From assembly GCA_040285855.1 (NCBI GenBank), contig JAUFOQ010000017.1, positions 620,001 to 684,000 of the forward strand: a stretch of 64,000 nt of DNA, written 5' to 3'. The DNA comes from Eukaryota sp. GEM-RC1 (taxonomy: Eukaryota). The position numbers were made by a program, and so were the translations under genes. This document shows positions 35,320 to 45,919 of the stretch, piece after piece. Below the pieces are notes generated by a model. It was not told the origin of the DNA. It worked only from the letters and a program-made list of their open reading frames with translations, and made no database searches. Numbering within the stretch: the first letter of the stretch is position 1; every line of letters begins with the position of its first letter.

Positions 35320-35557
35320 ATGAGCCCCCCTCAAAAATGCCATCGACAGTCTCTGGGCCTATTTCCGGCAAAACGAAACCTGTGACCCTTCGATTCTATC
35401 ACGCCGTTGTCGAGACATTTTACTCCACCGTCACCACGACGAACGGCGTTTCCAATCTCTAATGATCTATCTGGATCAACTGAAGTGTTCACATCGACCT
35501 AACAAGCAAGCCGCTCTTACAATAATTAAAAATGAACTTGACATGTATTGCAAATGA
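35320..35557 (+). CDS. Small protein, paralog of 36494-36739 (one extra C in the C-run near the start)
   Basis: AIDSLWAYFRQNETCDPSILSRRCRDILLHR...FQSLMIYLDQLKCSHRPNKQAALTIIKNE aligns without gaps to the 36494 ORF. Confidence 0.65.
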
Positions 35558-36493
35558 TTACACATCCAGAAGCAATACCAACAATACCGGACATCGCTGG
35601 TAACGATAACAAATCTATTTACCTCAATTATAGCCTATGTTACTGGGAAATCCTGAGATTTACCCGCCATCATTGCACTGTGATTGATATCGAAAATGTA
35701 GAGCTACCCTTCTGATAATAGACCCTTAAATTGGATCAGGTAACCCATCCGATCCTTCTCTATGCTCCTTAACTTTTCCTACTTAATGCTGACTCCGACT
35801 TATGATTCAATGTCCTCTGTTTCTCGGCCTGACATTAGACTCCAAATAAATGTAACTTTGCAAATTCTAGGTTTGCTTTAAGAGTCTTTATATGTATGGA
35901 CAAGCGAGCAACAGAACAGAATATCGGATCGCAGACTAAATACAAAACATTAACATGGTGTTTGTTTTAGATTAAATCTTAAAGAACTAAAAGTCAATCT
36001 TGGTTTCTATTACTTTTGCAACAGACTCCTACAGTATTTTTGGCTCCACAACTAAAATCATTGTAAAGAATGTCTGCTGTTAGTAGAACTAAAAGAAATA
36101 CTAGTCGTTAATAATGCCATATCAATCTTTGTACAGTAGTTGGTAAGCACATGCGACTTCTGAAACAGGTCAGATTGACGTTAACCCAGTCTTAGAGTAT
36201 AGTAGTCAAGTTCAATCTGGCTTTGGTAGCTGTAGATGTAGACTGATAAACTGTATACAGTTGTTCTATATCCTGTGGTCAGTTGTTGATTGTCCAAACT
36301 ACAATACATGTCTAGGGTTGTACTGAGAAATGGATAACAGCATGAAGGAACGTTCAAGAAGACGATGAGATGTCTGTGGATGAAAATTAACTTTGGATGT
36401 GTAGTAATTGCGTGACAAAACGCTTGAGTTGAAGCTCAGGAAAAATGGAAGTTAGCTTCTATAAATGGAAATGATTAATCTTCGTCGACTTTT

Positions 36494-36739
36494 ATGTGTA
36501 CTCTCTCCAAAGCCATCGACAGTCTGTGGGCTTATTTCAGAAGCACCAAAACATGTGATCCCGCTACTTTGTCACGATACTGTCGTAGAATTTTAATCCT
36601 ACGCCAGCGAGACGAAGTTCTCTTCCATTCCTTGATGCTATATCTAGGCCGTCTAAAGTGCTCGCAACGACCTCGTAAACAGGCGGCTCTCACGTTCATT
36701 AAGTGTGAATTCAAGGGGAATTTGGTTGATGATCTATAA
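36494..36739 (+). CDS. Small 81-aa protein of unknown function
   Basis: AIDSLWAYFRSTKTCDPATLSRYCRRILILR...FHSLMLYLGRLKCSQRPRKQAALTFIKCE; protein-level conservation with the upstream paralog. Confidence 0.7.
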   Translation: MCTLSKAIDSLWAYFRSTKTCDPATLSRYCRRILILRQRDEVLFHSLMLYLGRLKCSQRPRKQAALTFIKCEFKGNLVDDL

Positions 36740-38119
36740 TGTTTTCGAGCTCTTCTGCATCCTTGACAAAGTGACAGTCATGTTCAACCGAATGGTTGGT
36801 CCAGCTAGACCTTGTGATTCTCTTTCAGTGTTACCATCATGTTCGTGCGGCACTTTTGCCGGAACTATTGGCATTACAGTGACCTTCCCGTAAGTCAAAT
36901 TATGACTAGTTCAGCACACAGGCGTTATCGGTGTGAAACAGTTCATTATAGTTGTTCTTTGTGGATTATACTCATGAAACGAGTTCCAGTCCAATAAACG
37001 TTGTATTTAGAGCTTGATTTGACACATCTGAGTAATAATGAACACTAAATTTAAATTTAGTCGATCAAGGACACAGATCGTTTCAGTTTACGGAGTTAGT
37101 TACCTTGGGCAATAATGAAATCAGGTATTACATCAAATCATTTCCAAATTGAAATTGAACCTGTATAAATGGAGATTTCTAATCTTTGAGCAACTATGAA
37201 GCCTACTCACCGTTTTTGTCAATAGTAAGGAACTGGAATAAAAGTATCGTTTGTATACAAATGTTGATAAAGTGATTAACAACACCCCCTAACACATGCA
37301 ATAATTGAAATTGAACATTCAAATTTTGATGTGCAATGTATTTCTACACTTTGAAAACATTATTTGTTTGTACCAGTATGTACATACATCAAATGTGCAA
37401 CATCAGCAATTTAAAAACTAATCTTATTGTTGATCGTCTGTCGTCCATCAATCAAAGCATTCAAGGCTTGAATTTCAAGCGAGTTGAACGTCAACACTGG
37501 AGGTTTTCTTGTGAATCATCAGTGGAACAGAAAATGATTATGGTGTAACGAATCATGGTCTCACTAAGTTCCAACTTATCATTTGATCTAGAATTGTATT
37601 ATTGTTCTTTTGATAGACTCTATCTGATTTGATCATTTGGGTATATGACATACAAATCAAAACAAGTAGGTTGGAGTAGAGGGACTCAATCATAGCAACA
37701 ATGAATGAATTGTAATGGTTTTTTTATATAATTGCAATATATTTTTCGGTATCCCTGCTACAGTGTACATACATCTATCATCAATATCCCAAAATCCAGA
37801 TTGCCTAAAATTGTAATGGTTGACAGCTGTATGTGGGCGCAAGTGTTGTCGTGGTTCTAGTTGAAATGACTCTAGTTGCTGACAGCTGTACAAGATATCA
37901 TACAGTACCTGTTACAACGCAGGAGATTCCAAACCCCTACATCATTTTCATATTAATGACTGAATGAAAACAGACTGTGATACGATGTTAACAACAGTGG
38001 TTTCTAGTTTCGTATAGCTATCCATCCTTTACAATATACACCCGAAAAATGTGGAAGAAGTTGTATAATAGTAGGACAGAAAAGAGAGATGAACACCAAA
38101 TTGGTTTCCAAAAATAATT

Positions 38120-38192
38120 CTCCTTCGGTGGGGCTCGAACCCACGGTCCCCGGGTTAGAAATCCGATGCGATTCCAACTTCGCCACGAAGGA
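38120..38192 (-). tRNA. tRNA-Arg (anticodon TCT)
   Basis: TCCTTCG acceptor stem, GCGA/TCGC D-stem with A20, loop TTTCTAA, GTGGG-TTCGAGC-CCCAC T-arm; A31-C39 mismatch. Confidence 0.88.
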
Positions 38193-38565
38193 ATTCTGCA
38201 AAGAAAGTCAGATACTGGTGGGCATTTTGATAGCATTGAAGATAACATTTTCACTATTTTTCTGGCAATAAATCTCCTTTTCATGCGCTCAAAAGATTCT
38301 CCTTCTGGGGTCAATGGGACTCTGGTAAAGTTTTTCTCCGCAAAGATGGCTTGGGCGGACATAGAAGAGCTAAGCACAGTACAAAACATCAGTGTCAGCA
38401 CGACCGATGCTTTAAGGTTTGTACAACAATGTACCAACTAATTCCAGACTTTGTACAGTCGTATCAGACTGACAAGCCATGTGCAAATAAAATGCTTGGA
38501 CGTACAGGAGGACCTGATTTATTGAAGGATAAATCGAATAGGTCAGATGGACCGAAATAGTACTA

Positions 38566-39779
38566 CACTCTTCACAACAATTGGTCTGAATTCATAATTG
38601 GTATGAATCACTTATTGAACTGAATCAGACTAATTATTGTTTGACCACTTTTGGAGTGTGCAATATTTTTCAGTCAAATTGTGTTATACATTCCTTAATT
38701 TCAGTTTTTTCCTAGACACTTTGGTTGAATTGACTTATACAGCCCGTGTCATCCATTTTCTAGCACTTGCTTGAAAGACAATTCGGTAACTAATCAATTT
38801 TGAAGAGGTATTTCGATAGCCGATCAGTCCTGTTTCCAAATTTCTTTGGTCTTAAACCACTATTTATGATGCAAACAACGATTCTGATGTACAACATAAC
38901 ATTTATGAAGACATAACATGATTTGATGATCAAGATAATTTTTTGTGTTTGGGACCTATGTTCAGACTAAAAATGAATAATTTCTGTAGCCTCTTTCCAT
39001 CATGTGGTCAACTGTCATAAGTTTATTCATTTAAGATCAATTATTCACAACAGTTTACGTGATCAATGTTTAGAATTGTTTAAGAGTAATGGTTTTCATG
39101 GGAAAATCGAACCAGTTTTAAATAGTTTGTCTGACTCAATTCTGAGAGTAAGAGCAGAGGTGATTTGCTTGGTCCTTGGTTGTCCTCTCAAGAAATAATT
39201 ATGTTCTTTACTAGGGTTGATACCTGTAACTCAACTTCTGTTAACAAAATTTTAGACGAAAACTGTTCGGCTCTTGAAACTGAAAGGAAATAATTTAATC
39301 GTTATGGCGAATTAACTTCCGAGATGAATTCTCGCCGACACAATCCTTTTGTTTTTCATCCTTTTACTATTTCTCTTTATGGAGAGTTTGGTTGCTTCGG
39401 TCGACAATTTCTCACAGATTTCGGCAAATTGTGTAAGCAGTATGGAAAGAATTTTAATGAAAGTTACTGGAGAGGAAGGTTGTCGTTTTCCCTTTTCAAA
39501 GCACTGTTTAGGTATTTTGATTCGTTTTGAACCGTCTCTTTTCATTGAGATATGAATTTGAGATGATGTAGAGGTATGTGTATCTCATTTGTTAATATCG
39601 ATGATAGTTTGTATTTGTAAGAGTAAATAAAAGGCGTTTTTTATATGAAGATTCATAATTACTCTGATTCAGACTAATTTTCCCAGTCATTAATTAGTCT
39701 GAATCATCAATTATTGTTTGGTACTATTTCACTGGAAATTCATGGATAGTCCGATTCCGACTAATTGTTGTGAAGAGTG
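38566..39779. mobile_element. Tc1/mariner-like MITE carrying a nested RLE retrotransposon fragment
   Basis: TIRs CACTCTTCACAACAATT(G/A)GTC flanked by TA on both sides; subterminal CAGACTAATT repeats. Confidence 0.8.
38995..39632 (+). mobile_element. RLE non-LTR retrotransposon 3' fragment
   Basis: HVVNC..RSIIHNSLRD...KIEP...RAEVI; PFTISLYGEFG...WRGRLSFSLFKA; ends at AATAAAA. Confidence 0.8.
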
Positions 39780-40213
39780 TAGTAGTTTTGGTTGAATTGT
39801 ATAGTCTTTGCAATCTGTAAGACAGTTTCTGTTATGATCTGAAGAGATCTATTAGCTCTCAGAACATTCAAGGGAATGTGTATTTGTGAACACTTGCTAT
39901 TCTTTCCGAACTGCGGTTTATATCATTCTTGACCAGATAGGATTCATTTGTTTATTGTCAGAATTATGCACCAGAAGAAGAGTGTCTCGCAAAAATTTTA
40001 GCTTCACAATACGAAGTACTCGTCAGTTTACAAGAAAACAAAGACACAAATTCGATCTAAAAAAAGGAGCAAGTACATGTAGATTAATTAAAATGTATGA
40101 CCGATAAGGAGCTTATTGCTGAAAGTAGCAGATATATCCCTCTAGAATGGAAATAAAGGCGCCATCATAGATAACACCGGCTTAGTGATGACTGAGTAAA
40201 TCATATATCAGAT

Positions 40214-40899
40214 CAGGCTTCACTAATGTAGTCCGAAATTCAAAATTAAAGTAGAGTAAAGTAGTTTACTTTACTTTAAGCGCTACTTTACTTTCACTTT
40301 AAAGTTACTTTAAGGCCATTAAAGTACACCTGATCTCAATCGTCTTTTCAATAGTTCTTGTAATAAATATCCGTGTTTAGTTTCCTCTTTCCATATATAT
40401 TCATGTCTTCACTTCCTTCCGAAAATGGAGGTCAGTTTGTCAAATTCTTGAAGTACTATCAAGAACTTGTGCTCGGTTCTACTGCAAGCTCTGTGGGACA
40501 ACTCACTCGGTCAACAGATGGAATATGGAGGGGCACTATGTTCCAAATCTTGTACCCAAAAGATCCGTTCAGCTTTGCTCTGCCATCAACAACCCCAAAA
40601 TTTTGGCCAATATATCTGCCATAACTTCCTACTTAATAAGCCATGCCAAATCTAGAAAAAGTCATTCCATGTTAATATTAAAAGACAAGCACTCACTTGC
40701 TTGGACTTTAATTTTTGTAGTTTTTGGTGAGTTTCTACAATAAAGATGGGGTAATGATCGCTTTTTTTGGACATCTGTGATCACCAAACCAACATGAAGT
40801 TTTGTTACTTTACCCATTTTGGACGTTTCAGGTAAAGTAAAGTAAAGTGAGAAAGTAAAGTAAAGTGACTAAAGTACTTTCTCACTTTAGTGAAGCCTG
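40214..40899. mobile_element. hAT-type MITE
   Basis: 13-bp TIR CAGGCTTCACTAA; 8-bp TSD TATCAGAT (40206-40213, 40900-40907); GTAAA/TTTAC subterminal repeats. Confidence 0.9.
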
Positions 40900-40937
40900 T
40901 ATCAGATTAGTCAACATTTGAACTTCTTTACTTGTTC

Positions 40938-41204
40938 ATGAACTACCTCAATCATCAAGTCTTGGTTCTGACTACAGATCACCGTATCATTTGTGGTAAA
41001 TTTGTTGCTTTGGATTATCTTGGTGATATCGTTCTCTCAACTGCCATTGAAGCTGTTGCACCTCAAGAGGTTCGTACCAATCCAGATCTTTTGAGTAGTG
41101 TTTCAGTAGATGATCTATTATCCAAAGAAGTCCACTGTGTTGCTATTCCTCAACAATTTAGAGTCAAAGTAATTGCCCTAACAAATGAAGATATCCTCTC
41201 TTAG
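40938..41204 (+). CDS. Sm/LSm-domain protein (NAA38/Mak31-like)
   Basis: YLNHQVLVLTTDHRIICGKFVALDYLGDIVLSTAIE (Sm1 motif) plus a C-terminal Sm2-like strand. Confidence 0.8.
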   Translation: MNYLNHQVLVLTTDHRIICGKFVALDYLGDIVLSTAIEAVAPQEVRTNPDLLSSVSVDDLLSKEVHCVAIPQQFRVKVIALTNEDILS

Positions 41205-41245
41205 ACCAGTTCTCAATAGATGTCCTTCACTATATCCTTCCATCT

Positions 41246-42926
41246 ATGTCTGTTGTTGACGTCGAAGACTTCCTTTGCTTCCAATGCCCTCGTGCAGAAT
41301 CAAGTCAGTATTGCAAGAAGGTCATTGGCCTATGTGGTAAGGATGAACAAGTCCAACATCTAAATCGTAACATACTAGCTTCTCTGTTGTCCATTTCCTT
41401 GCGAATTCAACTAATCGAACATCAGTACATTGATCTTCCCGATCCCATCCTTTACGACTTCTTCTATTCCCTTTCTCTAGTTCCCGTCTCCCAGAACTAC
41501 GATCCTTCCCTTTGTCTCATTGCGCTGTCCAAGCTTGTTGCCGCTCAAGAGTTTCTTGATGACGTCATTGAGAGTCAGGATCTTTCAATTCCACATTCCT
41601 TCATTTATGATTGGGATATCGGCTCATCCATTTCTGATCAACTTTCAAATGGCGAGTCCTTTAATTCTTCGTTCTTCTTCTCTCACTTCAAAAATGAGTC
41701 AACAGCTGCCCTATTTGAGTTTTGCTTAACTCTTGTGCTTCCCCCCTTTGGCTGGTGTTATTCTAGGTTGTGGTTCTTTTGATAACGAAGATGTGCTAGC
41801 TGTTATCCAGGTGATTGCAAAGATGGCTGTTCTTCTTGATCATGTCAAAACGTCACCAATGAAAGTGATTGAGCTCATAAAGGAGTTAGGATCAGTGACT
41901 TTTACCATTTTGACACTTTTTGATGAAAATCAACGACTTTCCTTTGGTGAGCCCACTCCAATCACAGTCAAAATCAATGAGAATCGTCCTGGATCAGCTG
42001 TATTAGTTTATGGTGACAATCTTGATGATTTGTATTCAATATGTGCTAATTTGCAGGGTAAATCAACTATATACACTTCTGGAGATTTGTTGAAAGCTCA
42101 TGCTTTTCCAGAATTTCAAAAATTTGACAATTTGGTTGGTCATTATTCAGATATTTGGCAAGACCAACGTGTTGATTTTGATAACTTTCCCGGTCTAATT
42201 ATTCTACTCAACGGCCCAACTTTACCTACTCATTTAACTGAAACTAATTATTCCGATCGATTAATCACAGCAAAATCATGCGGAATTCCAAAAATCACTC
42301 ATTTATTAGATGATAACGGAATCCTAGATTTTTCCTTTTTTAACCAAGTTGTTATTCCAGGTTTTGATCCCCTGGCGCATGCTTCTTATAATCCTTACTT
42401 GTTACATACCGGGTTTAACTGGCACGGTAGACTTCGAGAGTATATGCCAGAGTTTGCAGAGTGTTTTGTTCAGAAACAATTTGAGAATATTTTAATTATT
42501 GGCGGATCTGAAGGAAATAATGCTCGGGATGAGTCTCTGTTTATGAAGTTTTTCAAAAATCTACCAGAAACAACTCTAGTATTTACTTTTGGATCTGCAA
42601 AGTTTCGCATACTCTCTGCACTTCCTCATTTAACCACAGATTTCTCCATCTCGAGGTTATTTCCAAGGCTAATGGACTTTGGCAGTACTGAAGATGTATT
42701 CTCGATTTTAAAAGCTCTTGAAACATTCTCTAGTACTTTGAGAATTCCAATGGAGTTGCTTCCAGTTACGTTTGTTATTTCCTGGTATGATTCCATGATG
42801 GTTGTGCCTTTGTTGAGTAAGTTTGATATCAAACGGGTGTATATTGAACCATGCTTGCCAGTGTTTTTCTCGCAAAACACTTCTGATCTTTTGTCATGAA
42901 CTAGGACTTGGGATATTAAGAAGTGA
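41246..42926 (+). CDS. Divergent hybrid-cluster (prismane) protein homolog; frameshift at about 41745; end approximate
   Basis: CFQC...C...GLCGK (cubane motif), SFGEPTP, YTSGDLLKAH, LVGHY..WQDQRVDFDNFPG, RLMDFG, LPVTFVISWY, collinear with HCP. Confidence 0.85.
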
Positions 42927-43117
42927 ATAAATGATGTTAATACGAGTTTGTCCTTTGTTACAGTTTTGCATTTAATCTGTACAACCAGGTTCAACAAAGA
43001 GAATCTATTGGTGTGAATGATTAGCAATTGCCAGCTCTAATTAGAAAACGGCTATAACTGGAAACTTATTTTAGAACAAAATGAACGTAAGTGATCAAAG
43101 AGTTGTTCAGAGTCTAA

Positions 43118-44648
43118 GTGATACCATCGAGTCTGTATCAAGGTTCAAAAATTTCGCTAATTTTAAAGTGTGAGTATCATCTACATGCCTCTGCATCAGT
43201 AGCTGGAGGCGAATTTGTCATCACATCTTTTGCGGAGCATAGTTGCAGACGTCTCACAACTACCACTACTGTCAGAGCCAAGACAGCTGGAAGGTCTCAA
43301 ATCGATGTCGCCAGTTCTGCTCCTCTCTCACCTACTTCTCTTTCTATTAGGGCCAAGGAGGCATTAGGCGTTAGTATGACTCCAAGTAAAGCATTACGAG
43401 CTGTCAGAGAGCAAGAGAGTCTGCTATTTGGAAACGCCGATGAATCTTATGGCTTACTTGAACACTATATCTCTGCATTGCGGGAATCCGATTCTTCTCA
43501 CTGTGTTCATCTTGAACACAAGAAGAACTCTCAAGGTCTCAACGAGTTTGACCGAATTTTCTGGGCATACGGTCCTTCTATTGAAGGTTTCCAAGCATTG
43601 TAGGGATTTTATTACTGTAGATGCTTGTCACATCAAAACGATCTATAAAGGGCATATGATGATAGCTGTGTCCTTGGATGCTGAGGGGCAAATCTTTCCT
43701 GTTGCATTCTCCATCGTTGGCGGTGAAAACTTGGCAAATTGGCGCTGGTTCCTTGGACTTCTGAAGAATGTTGTGGGAACTCGTACGCTAACTATCGTAT
43801 CTGACAGAAATCCGGGACTTCAGACAGCACTGGAAGAGCTCTTTGGCCATTGTAATGTCGCTTATTGGTTGGAGCACCTCAAAACAAATCTTAAGAACAA
43901 CGCAGGAGCACGAATTTGCCCTCATCTCAGAAAAGCTGCTGAATGTACGACTGAACAAGAACTAGCGGCTGTTTTACAGGAGATGAAAGAAATCTTCCCT
44001 AAAGGGTTTAGCTATCTTGATAAGATCGATAAGAGTAAGTGGACAGATCTCTATTTTTTAGGAAGAAGGTACGGTCACTATACATCTAACATCTCTGAAA
44101 GTCTAAACGCTTGGATCAACAGTGAGAGAAGGATGCCGGTAGTTAAAAGTATGGAATGGATTAGAAGAAAACTGATGAAATGGTTTTACGAAAGAAAGAA
44201 GAAAGCAAATGCGATGAAAGGATTGCTTGTTGATAGCTTGGAAGCTATTGTAGCCAAAATCGACGACAAGGCCAGAAGACTCGAAGTGCTGGCTAGTAGT
44301 GATGTGATATTTGAGGTACTTAGCACCACAACAAGAATTGTGAAGCTGGAAGAACAATATTGCAGTTGTGGCCAGTGGAAGAGGTCTGGAATTGTTTGTG
44401 TTCATGTGCTTGCTGTGTTGTTGCACCAAGGATTTGATTTCGTGAACTTTTGCGAGCCCTTCTTTTTGACGGAAAAATACTGCGCAATCTATGAGAGAAG
44501 TCTGATGCCAGTTCCTTGTCGTGAGGAATGGTCAATCGAGGACCTAGAACAGCCCGTTTTGCTTGGTTTACAACCACCTCAAGGAAACAAGCAATCAGGT
44601 AGAGGTCGGAGACAAGTAAATCGACGAAGGAGATGGAGTGAAAGATAG
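43118..44648 (+). CDS. Mutator/MuDR (MULE) transposase with SWIM zinc finger; frameshift at about 43590
   Basis: ITVDACHIKTIYKG, DAEGQIFPVAF, NWRWFL, IVSDR, TSNISESLN, CSCGQW..GIVCVH. The CxxH motif reads WLEH. Confidence 0.9.
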
Positions 44649-44889
44649 TAACAGGATGGTAGTGTTGCTTTTATTGTACATAGTAAAGTTGTAGTCTCTA
44701 GCATGTTGGTTCTAGATTTGCAATGTAAGTACACATCATGTACTTTCTTCGCAAGTGATGCAAAGAAACCAAGTTGACATTTGTATCAGAAAGGTTGGAT
44801 GGTTCACCGAAGTGAAGTGATCTTATCCACGTCTAGTTTTGAACTCTCTCTCAAAAACAGTGTTTAGAAGTGAACAAACATCAACGTGT

Positions 44890-44942
44890 TGTGTCTATTT
44901 TTGAACGTGTGAGAATGAAGTGTCTATTTTTGAACTTGTCCC
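44890..44942 (-). repeat. Probable right TIR of the Mutator element
   Basis: Reverse complement starts GGGACAAGTTCAAAAATAGACAC with an internal repeat of GTTCAAAAATAGACAC; no matching left TIR found. Confidence 0.5.
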
Positions 44943-45115
44943 TTTGCAAAAAATAGTAGGGGATGAATCCTCTTATTATACTAGTACTCCACAAGTATCA
45001 ACTAGTTGATGTATTTGGACTTAAACAACATGTCAGATATTGATAACCTTTAAGTCAGTTTGGATTTCGGTATTCGTTTTACTCGACCATAACTATTATA
45101 CAAATGACTGTCTAC

Positions 45116-45604
45116 CAGTGTTCGAAATTTCCCACGTGTTTTTTAAAAGACACCGTGTCGGTGTTAACACGCGTGTCCACACGGTGTCTTTGATGTGTCT
45201 TTTGGGTGTTTTTGCGTGTTTTTCCGAAAAAAAATTTCTGATCCGTAGTGCAGAGTTTGAATATATAAACATCTTTTTGGGCCAATTCTTGCCTCATTCT
45301 AACACCCCGTCACTGAATCTTGGATTCTGTGGTTCTGTTTAGTTGAATTGGTGTACTAGCTTTGTTTGACAGCTCATCATGTCAGTATTTTTGCCACTTT
45401 TAGTTGGCATTGTAGTCTACTGTGGTATAGCATATAGAAAAACATTCAAGTCGAACAATACCGAGGGAAATAAAAGGGTACTTTCGAAGTTTTCTAGGTT
45501 TTTTACAGAAAAACACGTCCACACGGTGTCTTTTTGCGTGTCTTTTTGCGTGTTTTTGAAAAGACACCGTGTCCAAACGTGTCCACACGTGTCTTCGAAC
45601 ACTG
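45116..45604. mobile_element. hAT-type MITE
   Basis: 11-bp TIR CAGTGTTCGAA; TSD CTGTCTAC / CTGTCTAA (7 of 8 match); repeated GACACCGTGT / ACACGGTGTC motifs. Confidence 0.85.
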
Positions 45605-45919
45605 CTGTCTAAAATGATTCCTGTTCTACTAAAGCGGAATTTTTGAAAAGATTTAAAACTGTTCAAACTTTCCACCTCCGATATGTTGTGTACAATGTGT
45701 CCTATCAAATGACATTGTTGTCTGGTCTTACACTTCTTCCACATCGCTGTCTTATTGGAGTATCATTAACCCCTACAAATTTTGCTCTCCTTATAAGTCT
45801 CCATACTGATCATCGCACCTTCGTTGACAAGTTGGAAGATGCAATAAGATACATCACATCGAAATAGACACGAAATCAAATCGAAATTGACACTTCTTTT
45901 TACGATACCTTTCGGAGGA

